From positions 149,898 to 213,897 of the forward strand of contig CAVRJM010000001.1 in the NCBI GenBank assembly GCA_963722075.1: a DNA stretch of 64,000 bases. The letters are read 5' to 3'. Positions within the stretch are counted from its first letter, which is position 1; every line of letters begins with the position of its first letter. Shown one piece after another: positions 27,895-37,912 of this stretch. This stretch comes from Candidatus Babeliales bacterium. Lineage in GTDB: Bacteria > Babelota > Babeliae > Babelales > JANWKD01. The position numbers and the translations under genes are program-made. The notes beneath the pieces were generated by a model. It saw only the letters and a list, made by a program, of their open reading frames with translations. It ran no database searches and was not told the DNA's origin.

Positions 27895-30231
27895 ATGAAA
27901 TTATCGCTCCGTTGGATTTTTGATCATTTAGCAACATCCTGGAAAGATCATTCTATTCCAGATCTCATTGCTCGTATTAATAATACCGTTGCAGAAGTAG
28001 AATTATTTGAATTTTATGCGCTTGATTTTTCTCTATTCACCTTTATAAAGGTGACTGATATAGCGCCAGATAGCATTATTGGGTTTAGTGATGAATATAA
28101 GTTATCTATAGCCCTTACTCCACGAGATGATATTCAAATGCACGAATGGTATTTAATAAAAAGGAGTAAGGAAAAATGGGTATGGGCGAGCGCAACAGAT
28201 TTTAAAGCACAAAAAGAAGGATTGTTGCCAGCATTTACCATTCGGTTAGATGACATAGCAGGTCAATGGAAAAAAACAATCGAGCATGAAGATTATATTC
28301 TTACGATCGCAAATACTTCTCTTACGCATCGGCCAGATTTATGGTCACATCGCGGGTTTGCACGTGAAATTGCCGTGATTTTGGGATGCGCATTACGCGA
28401 TGAAAAGCATTTTTTAACCGATTATGTAATTAACGAAGAAAAAGGGCCTGAGCATACTACAAAAGCCGACCAGGTTGCCTTTGGTGTCTTAACTGCTCAT
28501 GTTAAACGATTGGCAGGATTATATATTTCACGTATTCAAAATCAACCGTGTGTATTTGATATTGCCTATCGCTTGCTGCGGGTGGATGGCAAGCCTATTA
28601 ATGCAATTGTTGATCTTACCAATTATGTTATGTACGATATCGGCCAGCCAATGCATGCCTTTGATGCAACAAAATTGGCGGCAAAAAAAATTATAGCTAC
28701 GCAGGTAGCACAGGAACAACCATTGGTGTTATTAGATGGCCAAGAAATTATAATTTCTGAACATGATCTTGTTATTAGTGATGGCAAAAAAGCCGTAGCG
28801 CTAGCGGGCATTATGGGAGGAAAATCAAGTGCCATTGAGCGTACTACTAATTCCATAATAATAGAAGCAGCTACCTTTGATGCGGCAACGATTCGCAGAA
28901 GTTCGATGCATTTTAAAATACGTACTGAAGCATCAACTCGTTTTGAAAAATCGTTGGATGTTCATCAATTACCTAAAGCATTGTTACGATTTTTACATCT
29001 ACTGGAAAAAAATAATATTTCATTTGAAGCTCAAGATCCTATTACGTGCATAGGGAATGTCGGTAAAGTAATCACTATCAATATTGAGCATGCATTTATT
29101 GAAAAAAAAATTGGTGCAGTTATTGAACAGCAGTTTGTGGTAAAAACATTAGAATCCTTGGGATTTAATGTAGAAATAATTCAAAAACCGCATCTGCATT
29201 ATTTGGTTACGGTGCCACATTGGCGCGCTAAAGATGTAACGATTGCTGAAGACTTGGTAGAAGAAGTAGTACGTTTTTATGGGTATAATAATATTGTGTA
29301 TCAATTGCCGCAATTGCCAACTAAACCGATGCCGTATTTGCAGACGCAACGGCGCTATACTATTAAGCAGCTTCTTGCATTCCATGGATTAATGCGTGAA
29401 GTGTATAATTATGCGTTATATGATGATGAATTTCTTAACGTAATTTCTTGGCAACCACTATACGCATTATCATTACAAAATCCAATTTCTGAGCACATGA
29501 CACGGTTGGTTACCAGCTTAATACCGCACCTATTCAAAACTGTGTACCAAAATAAAAATTATCAAGATACATTACCGTTTTTTGAGTGTAATAAAATATG
29601 GCCAGCTACCATGCAATCGGGCACATTATCCTTTGGAGAGCAACAAAGCATAGCCGGCGTTTTTTATGATGAAAAAAAGCCAGTAGATTTTTATCAAAAA
29701 AAACAAATTCTTACTGATATATTTGCAAGTTTAGGAATTTCTATACAATGGGCCAAAACCGATGCGGTGCTGCCACTATGGTACCATCCCTATAAAACGG
29801 CAACACTTATGCATGACCAAACCGTTATTGGATGGGCTGGCTCGGTTAATCCTGGCTTTTTATCACGCTTTTTACCGGGTGATGCATTTATTTTTGAATT
29901 AAATGCTGATCAATTAGTAGCAATACCGCCTAAACTGGTTACCATGGCGCCACTTGCAAAATACCAAGATACCTGGCGCGATATTAGTATGTTCATACCC
30001 GCGGTACTATCATTTGATCAGGTTGTACGTACCATAAAAGCTGTTTCGCCACTGATTTTTGATGTTGCATTGATAGACTTTTTTCAAAAGCCTGAATGGC
30101 TGGATAAACGTGCAATGACGGTACGCTTTTTTGCGCGAGATCCTCATAAAACCTTAACAACAGAAGAAATTGATCAATTGTATCATCAGATTGTGCAAAG
30201 CCTGACACCGTATCAGGTGGAAATAAGATGA
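27895..30231 (+). CDS. pheT: phenylalanine--tRNA ligase beta subunit
   Basis: B3/B4 and B5 motifs (THRPDLWSHRGFAREIA, QPMHAFDATKL, LAGIMGG), a C-terminal anticodon-binding-like domain, and 778 aa. No pheS is adjacent. Confidence 0.93.
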   Translation: MKLSLRWIFDHLATSWKDHSIPDLIARINNTVAEVELFEFYALDFSLFTFIKVTDIAPDSIIGFSDEYKLSIALTPRDDIQMHEWYLIKRSKEKWVWASATDFKAQKEGLLPAFTIRLDDIAGQWKKTIEHEDYILTIANTSLTHRPDLWSHRGFAREIAVILGCALRDEKHFLTDYVINEEKGPEHTTKADQVAFGVLTAHVKRLAGLYISRIQNQPCVFDIAYRLLRVDGKPINAIVDLTNYVMYDIGQPMHAFDATKLAAKKIIATQVAQEQPLVLLDGQEIIISEHDLVISDGKKAVALAGIMGGKSSAIERTTNSIIIEAATFDAATIRRSSMHFKIRTEASTRFEKSLDVHQLPKALLRFLHLLEKNNISFEAQDPITCIGNVGKVITINIEHAFIEKKIGAVIEQQFVVKTLESLGFNVEIIQKPHLHYLVTVPHWRAKDVTIAEDLVEEVVRFYGYNNIVYQLPQLPTKPMPYLQTQRRYTIKQLLAFHGLMREVYNYALYDDEFLNVISWQPLYALSLQNPISEHMTRLVTSLIPHLFKTVYQNKNYQDTLPFFECNKIWPATMQSGTLSFGEQQSIAGVFYDEKKPVDFYQKKQILTDIFASLGISIQWAKTDAVLPLWYHPYKTATLMHDQTVIGWAGSVNPGFLSRFLPGDAFIFELNADQLVAIPPKLVTMAPLAKYQDTWRDISMFIPAVLSFDQVVRTIKAVSPLIFDVALIDFFQKPEWLDKRAMTVRFFARDPHKTLTTEEIDQLYHQIVQSLTPYQVEIR

Positions 30232-30686
30232 AAAAGAGTACCGGTCTCCTACTATATGGATTTGTTTTTATGGCAATTCTATGTATTGATCGAGTAACTA
30301 AACTATTTGCACAAATGGTTGGTGATTGGGTGGTTATTCCCCATTTTTTGAGGATGTACCTCGTATATAATCGCGGCGTTTCTTGGAGTTTTTTTCATTC
30401 AGATAATAATACGGTATTTATGTGGTTAACGTTTGTTATCGTGTTGTTTATTGTCATTTTTTTTGCTTACACGATCCATCGTTGGCAAAATCAGGCACTG
30501 ATCCTGGGTGAAGTAATGGTTCTTGCTGGCGCATTATCTAATGTAGTTGATCGCTTCCTGTATGGAGGCGTTATAGATTTTATACTCATGTCATATTATT
30601 CCTGGTCCTGGCCCATTTTTAATGCGGCGGATGTTTTTATTGTAATGGGATTAATAATAATGGTTGTAAGTGAGCTATTTATTTAA
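30228..30686 (+). CDS. lspA: lipoprotein signal peptidase (SPase II)
   Basis: YNRGVSWSFF and VIDFI..WPIFNAADVFI motifs, four TM helices. ATGA overlap with pheT. Confidence 0.9.
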   Translation: MKKSTGLLLYGFVFMAILCIDRVTKLFAQMVGDWVVIPHFLRMYLVYNRGVSWSFFHSDNNTVFMWLTFVIVLFIVIFFAYTIHRWQNQALILGEVMVLAGALSNVVDRFLYGGVIDFILMSYYSWSWPIFNAADVFIVMGLIIMVVSELFI

Positions 30687-31123
30687 TGAAACGATTATTA
30701 CTATATTATGCAACATTAGGACCCATTGGTTATCAACGAGCGTCTGGAACGGTTGCTAGTTTATGTACTATGGTATGCTTATTTTGTATACCAGCGATAG
30801 GAACGGGTTGGTATTTACTCATTTGTAGCATGCTATATCTTATTTCACATGTTATTATAAAAAATGTATTGAAGCATTTTCAAAACGAAGACCCCTCTGA
30901 GATTGTCATTGATGAGCTGGTAGGATCCTTGGTTACTTTTTATGGTGTTTCCTTCTCTGCATCATCATTAATTTTGGGGTTTTTGTTATTTCGTTTTTTT
31001 GATATATCAAAAGTATGGCCCATAAATATGGTAGAAAAATTTGGCGGGCCGACTGGTATTATGCTTGATGATATTATTGCCGGAATATTCAGTAATCTTA
31101 TTTTAAAAATTCTTTTTATATGA
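30686..31123 (+). CDS. pgpA: phosphatidylglycerophosphatase A
   Basis: IVIDELVG, FRFFDISKVWP and GIMLDDIIAGI are PgpA motifs. Confidence 0.85.
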   Translation: MKRLLLYYATLGPIGYQRASGTVASLCTMVCLFCIPAIGTGWYLLICSMLYLISHVIIKNVLKHFQNEDPSEIVIDELVGSLVTFYGVSFSASSLILGFLLFRFFDISKVWPINMVEKFGGPTGIMLDDIIAGIFSNLILKILFI

Positions 31124-31782
31124 ATAAGCAGCACGTGATCGTAAGATCTCTTTTAAATATGGTGGTACCCCGTTTTTGCAATAATTGTGGTTGTTGGCTG
31201 ACTGAACGTACTATTTTGTGTGCACCATGCACGGATGTTATAAATCCCGTTGTATCCAAAGAACTATTCATCACCTCGACCGCTTCCATGCACGTATATG
31301 CCGTATCTGATTATGCGTATCCGTTAAAATCGTTAATTTTAGCCAAATCCCATGGTAATCGAGTTGCCAGTATGCATTTAGGTCATCTGCTCTGGCAGAT
31401 GAGCACAATTAGCACAATGGATTTTGATATTATAGTCCCCATTCCGCTTCATTGGACTCGGTATGCGTACCGGGGGTACAATCAAGCTGAAGTATTAGCA
31501 CAAGTGCTTGCCCGCTATAGCAAAAAGCCGGTAGTTAATTTACTCAAGCGAACCAAGCGCACCATATTTCAATCAAAGCTACCGTTGAAGCAACGCGCTG
31601 AAAATGTAAAAAATGTATTTAAAATGGTATCAGTGACCGATCACCATGATTATTATGGAAAGAAGATTCTATTGGTTGATGATTTGATGACCACTGGATC
31701 AACCTTTAAATACGCAGCGCGAGAACTATTAGCATTAAAACCAGCATCAATTGCAGGGGTGGTTGCCTGTAGAGTTGTATAG
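31120..31782 (+). CDS. comFC: ComF-family phosphoribosyltransferase-domain protein
   Basis: N-terminal Cys pairs (CNNCGCW..CAPC) and PRTase loop ILLVDDLMTTGST. Confidence 0.85.
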   Translation: MNKQHVIVRSLLNMVVPRFCNNCGCWLTERTILCAPCTDVINPVVSKELFITSTASMHVYAVSDYAYPLKSLILAKSHGNRVASMHLGHLLWQMSTISTMDFDIIVPIPLHWTRYAYRGYNQAEVLAQVLARYSKKPVVNLLKRTKRTIFQSKLPLKQRAENVKNVFKMVSVTDHHDYYGKKILLVDDLMTTGSTFKYAARELLALKPASIAGVVACRVV

Positions 31783-31875
31783 GTTGTTTTTGCAACATTT
31801 GGGTTTCTATGGTAGGATTTTTAAAAGGAAAAATATATGTATAAAATACTTATTAAACCAAAAAGGGAATACCCA

Positions 31876-32961
31876 ATGAATAAACGTATGTTTGCCAGCT
31901 CCATATTAGTAATGGGTGCGCTTGTTTTATTGCCTAATTGTGAATTATCTAAATCTGGCGAATCAGCGGCGCCAGCTGCTGCCCATGAAAAATCGGTGCC
32001 AGGGGCTCCTGCACCAGCAGTTTCTAAACCAGCGCCTTCAGGCCCACAAGGGGAAATTCTGTTGACCTTATATGATCAAAAAGTTCCAAAAGTTACCGTA
32101 ACGGATTTTCAAAATTATAAAAAAGAGCTTTTAGAAGCACAACCTAACTATGCTTCCATTATTGAATTTATGCCGGGTGCTAATGAGCAGATTTTTGAAA
32201 GCCTCGTGAATGAAGCGATCCTTGAAGAATGGGCGGATAAGAACCATATCGCGCAAACCAAGGAATATAAAGAAGATCTTGATAAAATTATGAAATATGC
32301 GCATCGCAGCTTGAACGTTAAATACTTCCAAGAAAAACATCCAGTAACCGTTACTGATGCAGAAATCAAAAAATATTATGACGAAAACAAAAATAATATT
32401 CCACAATTAATTGTTTCTCCTGGTGGCGTAACTGCTAAAGCGGTTATGTTTGATACCAAAGCAGCAGCACAGGCTTTCTATGATAAGGTGAAAGATCCTA
32501 AATCTAATTTTGATGCAATGGCTAAAGAAACAAACGCAGCGGTAAAAGATCTTGGCGAAGTAAATAACCAAAGCTTTGAAGTGGATAGCGCTGTTCGCAA
32601 AACCTTAATGGATGCAAAAAGATTCCCAGCGGTTGATCTTGTTGAAATCAGTGATAAATCATTTGCCGTAGTTAAAGCATTAAGCAAAAAAGATGCGCAA
32701 TATGTTCCATTTGACCAAGTTAAGCCAGGCATTGAAAACTTGTTAAAACAACAAAAAGCTGCTGAAGTATTAACTAAAGAACTTGATAAACTCAAAAAGG
32801 AATACAAGGCAAACGTTAACAAAGAATATTTCGAACGTGAACGTAAAGTACAAGAAGAGCATGCTCAAAAGGCAGCCGCTTCTATGAAAAAAGAACTTGG
32901 TGAACCTACCAAAGGTGAAGAAGAAAAAAAACCAGCACCCAAGCCAATGAAAGCTGCTTAA
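31876..32961 (+). CDS. SurA/PpiD/PrsA-like periplasmic chaperone lipoprotein (degenerate parvulin region)
   Basis: Lipobox MNKRMFASSILVMGALVLLPN|C, a Pro/Ala linker, and a SurA-N-like helical region. The K/E-rich tail resembles PpiD/PrsA-type proteins. The assignment is by architecture only. Confidence 0.55.
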   Translation: MNKRMFASSILVMGALVLLPNCELSKSGESAAPAAAHEKSVPGAPAPAVSKPAPSGPQGEILLTLYDQKVPKVTVTDFQNYKKELLEAQPNYASIIEFMPGANEQIFESLVNEAILEEWADKNHIAQTKEYKEDLDKIMKYAHRSLNVKYFQEKHPVTVTDAEIKKYYDENKNNIPQLIVSPGGVTAKAVMFDTKAAAQAFYDKVKDPKSNFDAMAKETNAAVKDLGEVNNQSFEVDSAVRKTLMDAKRFPAVDLVEISDKSFAVVKALSKKDAQYVPFDQVKPGIENLLKQQKAAEVLTKELDKLKKEYKANVNKEYFERERKVQEEHAQKAAASMKKELGEPTKGEEEKKPAPKPMKAA

Positions 32962-32982
32962 GGATTTGATTTAATTTTTATA

Positions 32983-33208
32983 ACTGGATTCTCATCCGTC
33001 TTCGTTAAAACTACGCCGGACAAGCGACCTAATTAAGCCTGACTGGATGTGGGGACTGTGTCCGCCGAAGTTTTTTACTCAATAGTAATTAACTAAGGAA
33101 ATCAACGAAGGCGGATCCAGTGAATAAATAAAAAGCCTTTATTCTTTAAAACTGGATTGCTTCGTAACTCATGTCCGCCGAAGCCAACCGGGCGAAGGCT
33201 GGATCGAC
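32983..33208. repeat. cluster of GC-rich mosaic repeats
   Basis: Contains ..gtggggactgtgtccgccgaag.. (compare 47369 reverse complement and 50205), ..gaaggcggatccagtg.., and ctggattgcttcg..atgtccgccgaagccaaccgggcgaaggctggatcgac (modules A + B). Confidence 0.8.
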
Positions 33209-33293
33209 TATGGCATTTTCTTGTTTAGTACGATCTATTTGAAAAAGAAGGGACACGTGTAATTATGATTCTTACATTATATGGGGTTTTCTT

Positions 33294-34214
33294 ATGAAAA
33301 AATTATGGCCAATTCTCTACATTTTTTCTCTCTGCTTTTATATAAATGTAACAAGTGCAGTTGTTATGGATGTATTAAAGGATAAAGAGTTATTTGATAT
33401 TAATAGCGTAGTGGTAACGGTTGATGGTCCCGAACGCAAGCGCTATATTTGTAAATCAGAATTAATGCGTGTTGGTATTGATGGTAGAAAACCATCAGTG
33501 GAAGATTTAATTACTGAAGAACTTGCCTTGCAAGATGCCATTAAACATAAGATACCGGTTGAGGATTTTGCTGATCGTTACATCGCTTCAATAAAAAAAG
33601 CGCATAACGTTAATGATCGTGAAGTTGATCGTATCTTTGAAGCCGCTGGACTTACTCCTGATGAAGGGCGTGCTAAGTTGCAAGCAATGGGTGCGCATAA
33701 TACCATGATTGATATGAAGGTAAAAGCACGGATTTTTGTTCCCCAACAAGAAATCGAAGAGTATGCTAAAAATAATCCCCTCTATAAAGAACCAAAATAT
33801 CAATTAGAAGTAGCGATTGTTCCATTTTTTTCCTTTGATCGAAAAAAACAAGAAGAACAATTCCAGTTTCTGATTGAGCAAGCCAAAGAAGGGCAATTAG
33901 ATGTGATATGGGGTGCTCCCTTTTGGTTGAAAAAAAGCGATATTGCTGATGATAAACAATTTATACTCACCATGCAGGTGGGCGAGGTTTCGTTACCGCA
34001 ACCTGGCAATGCTGGTTTTGAATTTTGCCGTTTAAAAAATAAAAAACCTGAAAAGCTTATTCCTTTAGAAAAAAGATTTAGAACGATTCTCGATGAATTG
34101 CGTGAACCAAAATTTAAGGGAATGTTTGATAGCTATATCAATGATCTTTTAACCAATGCAGCCATTATTTACCCAGAAGCTGATTGTTCTGGCGGAGACA
34201 CCGGCCGGGCTTGA
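33294..34214 (+). CDS. secreted SurA-N-like chaperone-type protein (tentative)
   Basis: Signal peptide MKKLWPILYIFSLCFYINVTSA. The mature part resembles SurA N-/C-terminal chaperone helices (..EELALQDAIKHKIPVEDFADRYIASIKK..). No clear PPIase motif. Confidence 0.45.
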   Translation: MKKLWPILYIFSLCFYINVTSAVVMDVLKDKELFDINSVVVTVDGPERKRYICKSELMRVGIDGRKPSVEDLITEELALQDAIKHKIPVEDFADRYIASIKKAHNVNDREVDRIFEAAGLTPDEGRAKLQAMGAHNTMIDMKVKARIFVPQQEIEEYAKNNPLYKEPKYQLEVAIVPFFSFDRKKQEEQFQFLIEQAKEGQLDVIWGAPFWLKKSDIADDKQFILTMQVGEVSLPQPGNAGFEFCRLKNKKPEKLIPLEKRFRTILDELREPKFKGMFDSYINDLLTNAAIIYPEADCSGGDTGRA

Positions 34215-35542
34215 GGACCATATAATACATAATGCTGCGCATGTGGGAAACCTTGTGCTGCCAATTTATTCATAAGAGCAATGCCAATAGTTTGTTTGGC
34301 TGGTTTATGTTCGATATATAAACGTGCAATAAGATAAGAAGCCGTTTGATGATGATTTCTATGTGCTTGCTTGAGTAGCTTATATCCGACTTTTTGGTTG
34401 AATGCTCCTGGTTGATTAAGATGATGGATCGCTAATTCATATTGCGCATCAGAATCTTTTTGGCCAGCTGCTATCTCTAAGTAAAAAAGCCCTAAGGAAA
34501 TATCTTGATCAAGATACGTGCCCTTTAATAGATGGGTTCCGTATTCACGGTAAGCAGGCATATGCTGTTGTGCCACTGCTTCTTGAAAAAATTTTTTTGC
34601 TTTTTCTTTATTTTGGGGAAGGTATCTATTGGTACAATAATAACGTCCCATAAGGCATTGAGCAGGAGCAAATCCTATGCATGCTGCATTATGTATTAAT
34701 TTGATACCTTTTTTTATATCAAATGGGACTCCGTTACCCTGCAAATATAAAACACCCAGACTATTTTGAGCATATAAACAGCCTAATTGGGTGGCCTTTT
34801 CATAATAGAACGTTGCGTGATTGTAATTTTGCTTTACGAAGTTATTTTCAGTTTCATATAATAAGCCCAAATAAAAAGCTGCGGTAGCAAAATCTGATTT
34901 CGCTGCTTGTTTCATAAGCTCGAGTGCTTGTTTTATGTTTTTTATTTGACCAAAGCCATATAAGTAACAGAGCCCTAATGAAAATGTGGCAGGAATTGAA
35001 CCCATCATTTGAGCTTTATTATAACAGCTTTGGGCTTTGAATTCATCATTTTTATATTCATACAGTTTACCAAGCAAATAAAGTGCCCGATGATCCGATT
35101 TTGCTTTTTCTAAATAAGCAATACCTAGTTGTTCATTAATAGATTCTATATCCGTTATTTTTTTAATTAAATAATAAATACCCCAAAATAAATAATCTGA
35201 AGGGCTAACGGGTGATCTTTGCTCAAAAAATGAAAAATCTATTTGATCCCACCGCATATTTTTAAAGGGATCGCTTGGGGTTTGGTAGGCATCAGCATCA
35301 TCAAGAAATTTGTTATAGGTTGCGTAGTAAATAAGCGTTTGGAGGGCCTGTGGATTGCTGTTAGCATGTGCAATTAATAGTGGAATGACGGGAAAAATAT
35401 CTTTCAAATTAATGGAAGGGGTATGGTAATGGGAAGCAATAAGATGTGTTGGATCCTCATGAGTTAGTTTCCCAATGAGTGGCGGTTTCATAGAATATAA
35501 TGCAGTATTTATAAATACTATAAATATTAATAATAGAAACAT
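34169..35542 (-). CDS. Sel1-like (SLR/TPR) repeat protein, secreted
   Basis: Multiple Sel1 units (..A.F.LGL.Y..G.G...N...A...F.KAA..G...A.. pattern, e.g. ATFSLGLCYLYGFGQIKNIKQALELMKQAA, AQNSLGVLYLQGNGVPFDIKKGIKLIHNAA). N-terminus MFLLLIFIVFINTALYS|MKPP. Confidence 0.85.
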   Translation of the reverse strand: MFLLLIFIVFINTALYSMKPPLIGKLTHEDPTHLIASHYHTPSINLKDIFPVIPLLIAHANSNPQALQTLIYYATYNKFLDDADAYQTPSDPFKNMRWDQIDFSFFEQRSPVSPSDYLFWGIYYLIKKITDIESINEQLGIAYLEKAKSDHRALYLLGKLYEYKNDEFKAQSCYNKAQMMGSIPATFSLGLCYLYGFGQIKNIKQALELMKQAAKSDFATAAFYLGLLYETENNFVKQNYNHATFYYEKATQLGCLYAQNSLGVLYLQGNGVPFDIKKGIKLIHNAACIGFAPAQCLMGRYYCTNRYLPQNKEKAKKFFQEAVAQQHMPAYREYGTHLLKGTYLDQDISLGLFYLEIAAGQKDSDAQYELAIHHLNQPGAFNQKVGYKLLKQAHRNHHQTASYLIARLYIEHKPAKQTIGIALMNKLAAQGFPHAQHYVLYGPQARPVSPPEQSASG

Positions 35543-35692
35543 GTCCCTTTCCCCTTTACGAGTTTCATCTGTTACTATATCAAAATAGATTTTGGTAATT
35601 AAAGAATTAAAAGCAAAAAGTGAATAATTGCATTTATTTATAATAGGTTACTATAATGCAGATGGTTTTGAATTAAATTAAGAGGAATTTGT

Positions 35693-36661
35693 ATGAAACA
35701 TGGATTGTTGTTATTACTTTTTTTACCCGGCATTGTTAATGGAATGTTAGAATTAGAAAACGGGCTTAAGCAGCTAAAATCAAAATTATCAACGCTTGAT
35801 AGGCAAATGCATGCATTTTATACCGCGCCGATAGCTACAAAACCTGCAAAACCACCGATGCCTATTATCTCAGAACCAATAATTGCTAAAAAACCGGAAC
35901 CCCAAAGTATCAGTGCTCCTCTAAAACGGCTTACTTCTATACAATATAATGATTTAAAAAAGGTGATAGAAGAAGAATCTAAAGAAGATGGTTGTTGGAA
36001 TTATAATTTAAATACCTATCCAGTTATCCAGGAACTTGAAAAAGAATTGGGGCTTTCTCAATTTATTTTTTCATGCCTTGGTAAATATATTATGATTTCC
36101 AGCCGTACCATGATGCGTGGGAACCGTGAATTATTCTCTATTGATGAGGTGAGGACTGAATTAAATAGTTACCGTTTTGATAAGGTAACCAAAGAGTATA
36201 AAATTCATCTTATGCCTAAATCGGGTGAAGATTTACTCCTTATCATTGAGCGTTTGCTCAAAGAAATTCAATCGAATGATCAACTGCAAAATTCGCTTGT
36301 TGAAATTAAATTTAAAACGCCTGATTATCAAGAATTAAAGGAGCGATTAAAAAAACTGAAAAGCGGTAGTAAAAAAGTTAAGCCTATTATTGTTATATAT
36401 CCAGGTAGCAGTAAAAAAGATGCGCAAACGGTGTTAAATAGTGTGTATAAATTATTTGGCACTATGGAAGGGCTTGATATGGCACCGCGATTTAATGAAA
36501 AAATTACCTCGTTAATATATTATGCACAAAGCCATGGCGATATAAAAAGAGGTAATGAGTTTGATGAATTTTTTACTGAAGATAAGAAATTCTTCAAACC
36601 GGATGTAGAAGGCAAAGGATACGATATTGATTATCGCTTACAAAATCCCGCTGCACATTAA
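35693..36661 (+). CDS. secreted protein with OspF/SpvC-like phosphothreonine-lyase motif pattern (tentative)
   Basis: Signal peptide MKHGLLLLLFLPGIVNG|ML and a Pro-rich linker. It then has, in the same order as the SpvC catalytic residues: YKIHLMP (K104-x-H106), EIKFKTPD (K134-x-K136), KERLK (R148) and IIVIYPG (Y158). Confidence 0.5.
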   Translation: MKHGLLLLLFLPGIVNGMLELENGLKQLKSKLSTLDRQMHAFYTAPIATKPAKPPMPIISEPIIAKKPEPQSISAPLKRLTSIQYNDLKKVIEEESKEDGCWNYNLNTYPVIQELEKELGLSQFIFSCLGKYIMISSRTMMRGNRELFSIDEVRTELNSYRFDKVTKEYKIHLMPKSGEDLLLIIERLLKEIQSNDQLQNSLVEIKFKTPDYQELKERLKKLKSGSKKVKPIIVIYPGSSKKDAQTVLNSVYKLFGTMEGLDMAPRFNEKITSLIYYAQSHGDIKRGNEFDEFFTEDKKFFKPDVEGKGYDIDYRLQNPAAH

Positions 36662-37912
36662 TTATTCGTATTCTTCTTCTTGATTAATTTGAGCATACAA
36701 TTCACATGCCTTTTTAGTTAAATTATCTTTATTATCTTTATACTCATTTTTAGATGAAAAATAATGAGATATAATAGCTTCAAATCCAACATCAATATTA
36801 ATGGGCGCTCTTTTTTCGCGTACTTCGATGGTTCTGACGGGGGTAACACTCACTAGATGCAATGCATGGTTACATGCTTGAATAACTTTTTGTAAATCAA
36901 CCGTATCTTTAGTTTGATCAGGAACATAATAGATAATTTTCACAATGGCATCAGCAATATCATACTGCTGAATTGCTTCAATAATTTGATAGGTCTGATC
37001 CAAATTCGGTTTTAAGCGAATCTCTATTTGCAAAAACGGGCGTATGGGTGTCTTAATAAATTCATGTGTAGTTACGTTTTTTTCTTTAATAGTAACGGAA
37101 CAAAACCCTTTTTCTTCTTTGCGTTCGCCAAAATCAATGCGTTCAATAGATCCGGAATATATAATAGCCGGATATCCCTCAGGATTAAGATTTTGATAAC
37201 GATGTAAATGTCCTAAGGCAACATAATCAAATGGTTCAATAGCTAATTGAGATGGTAGTAAAATAGGATCAGTGCCATAAATAGCGCGTTTTTCTGAGCC
37301 CGAAAAAATCCCTGAACTTACCGTTAGATGACCTGCCAGCACGGCCGGGATGGTTGGATCAAGTTCTTGTGCCAGATTGTTAATAATAGTGCTCACTGAT
37401 TGTGAAATATAATCAGTAAGCACGGTGTTCGATTTATATGCATGAGTGTTATTCATTGCAATATTAGTTCTACTGGGCCACGGGATACCAACAATCTGAA
37501 CAGGACCGCTTTTGGTTGGTAATGTTATCCAGGATGGTTTTGCAAATACATGAAACCCTTGCACGGGGAGCTCACCAAAGATATCAAGGGTGGTGGCTTT
37601 ACCAAAACTTAACGGGTTATCATGATTACCAACCACAATAATAATGGGGATTCCTGCTTTATATAAACGTAAAAAGCAGCGCATTAAGAGCCGCTGCTGC
37701 GTGGGGCTTGGATTGATTGTTTTATATGCATCACCCGAAAACAGAAAAAAATCAAAAGCATGATCAATGGTGTAATCGATGCAAAAATTAAGCGCCTTTT
37801 CAAAATCTAATAAGCGTGTATGGATTCCTGTTTTGGCATCGATCTTACCATAATTTTCCATACCAAAATGGATATCGGCAGTGTGAATAAATCGTATCCC
37901 ATTACGATCCAT
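36662..37912 (-). CDS. sbcD: Mre11/SbcD-family DNA repair exonuclease
   Basis: Calcineurin-like phosphoesterase motifs are present (IHTADIHFG, SGDAYK, VVGNHD, LAGHL, LGHLH). No sbcC is adjacent. Confidence 0.88.
   Translation of the reverse strand: MDRNGIRFIHTADIHFGMENYGKIDAKTGIHTRLLDFEKALNFCIDYTIDHAFDFFLFSGDAYKTINPSPTQQRLLMRCFLRLYKAGIPIIIVVGNHDNPLSFGKATTLDIFGELPVQGFHVFAKPSWITLPTKSGPVQIVGIPWPSRTNIAMNNTHAYKSNTVLTDYISQSVSTIINNLAQELDPTIPAVLAGHLTVSSGIFSGSEKRAIYGTDPILLPSQLAIEPFDYVALGHLHRYQNLNPEGYPAIIYSGSIERIDFGERKEEKGFCSVTIKEKNVTTHEFIKTPIRPFLQIEIRLKPNLDQTYQIIEAIQQYDIADAIVKIIYYVPDQTKDTVDLQKVIQACNHALHLVSVTPVRTIEVREKRAPINIDVGFEAIISHYFSSKNEYKDNKDNLTKKACELYAQINQEEEYE

Noticed and set aside
33294-35542. 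The 46-nt convergent overlap between 33294..34214 and the Sel1 gene (34169..35542) as a sign of mis-annotation or antisense regulation.
   Set aside because: Both ORFs have coherent protein-like sequence to their ends. Short convergent overlaps are common in compact genomes, and nothing further is supported by the sequence.
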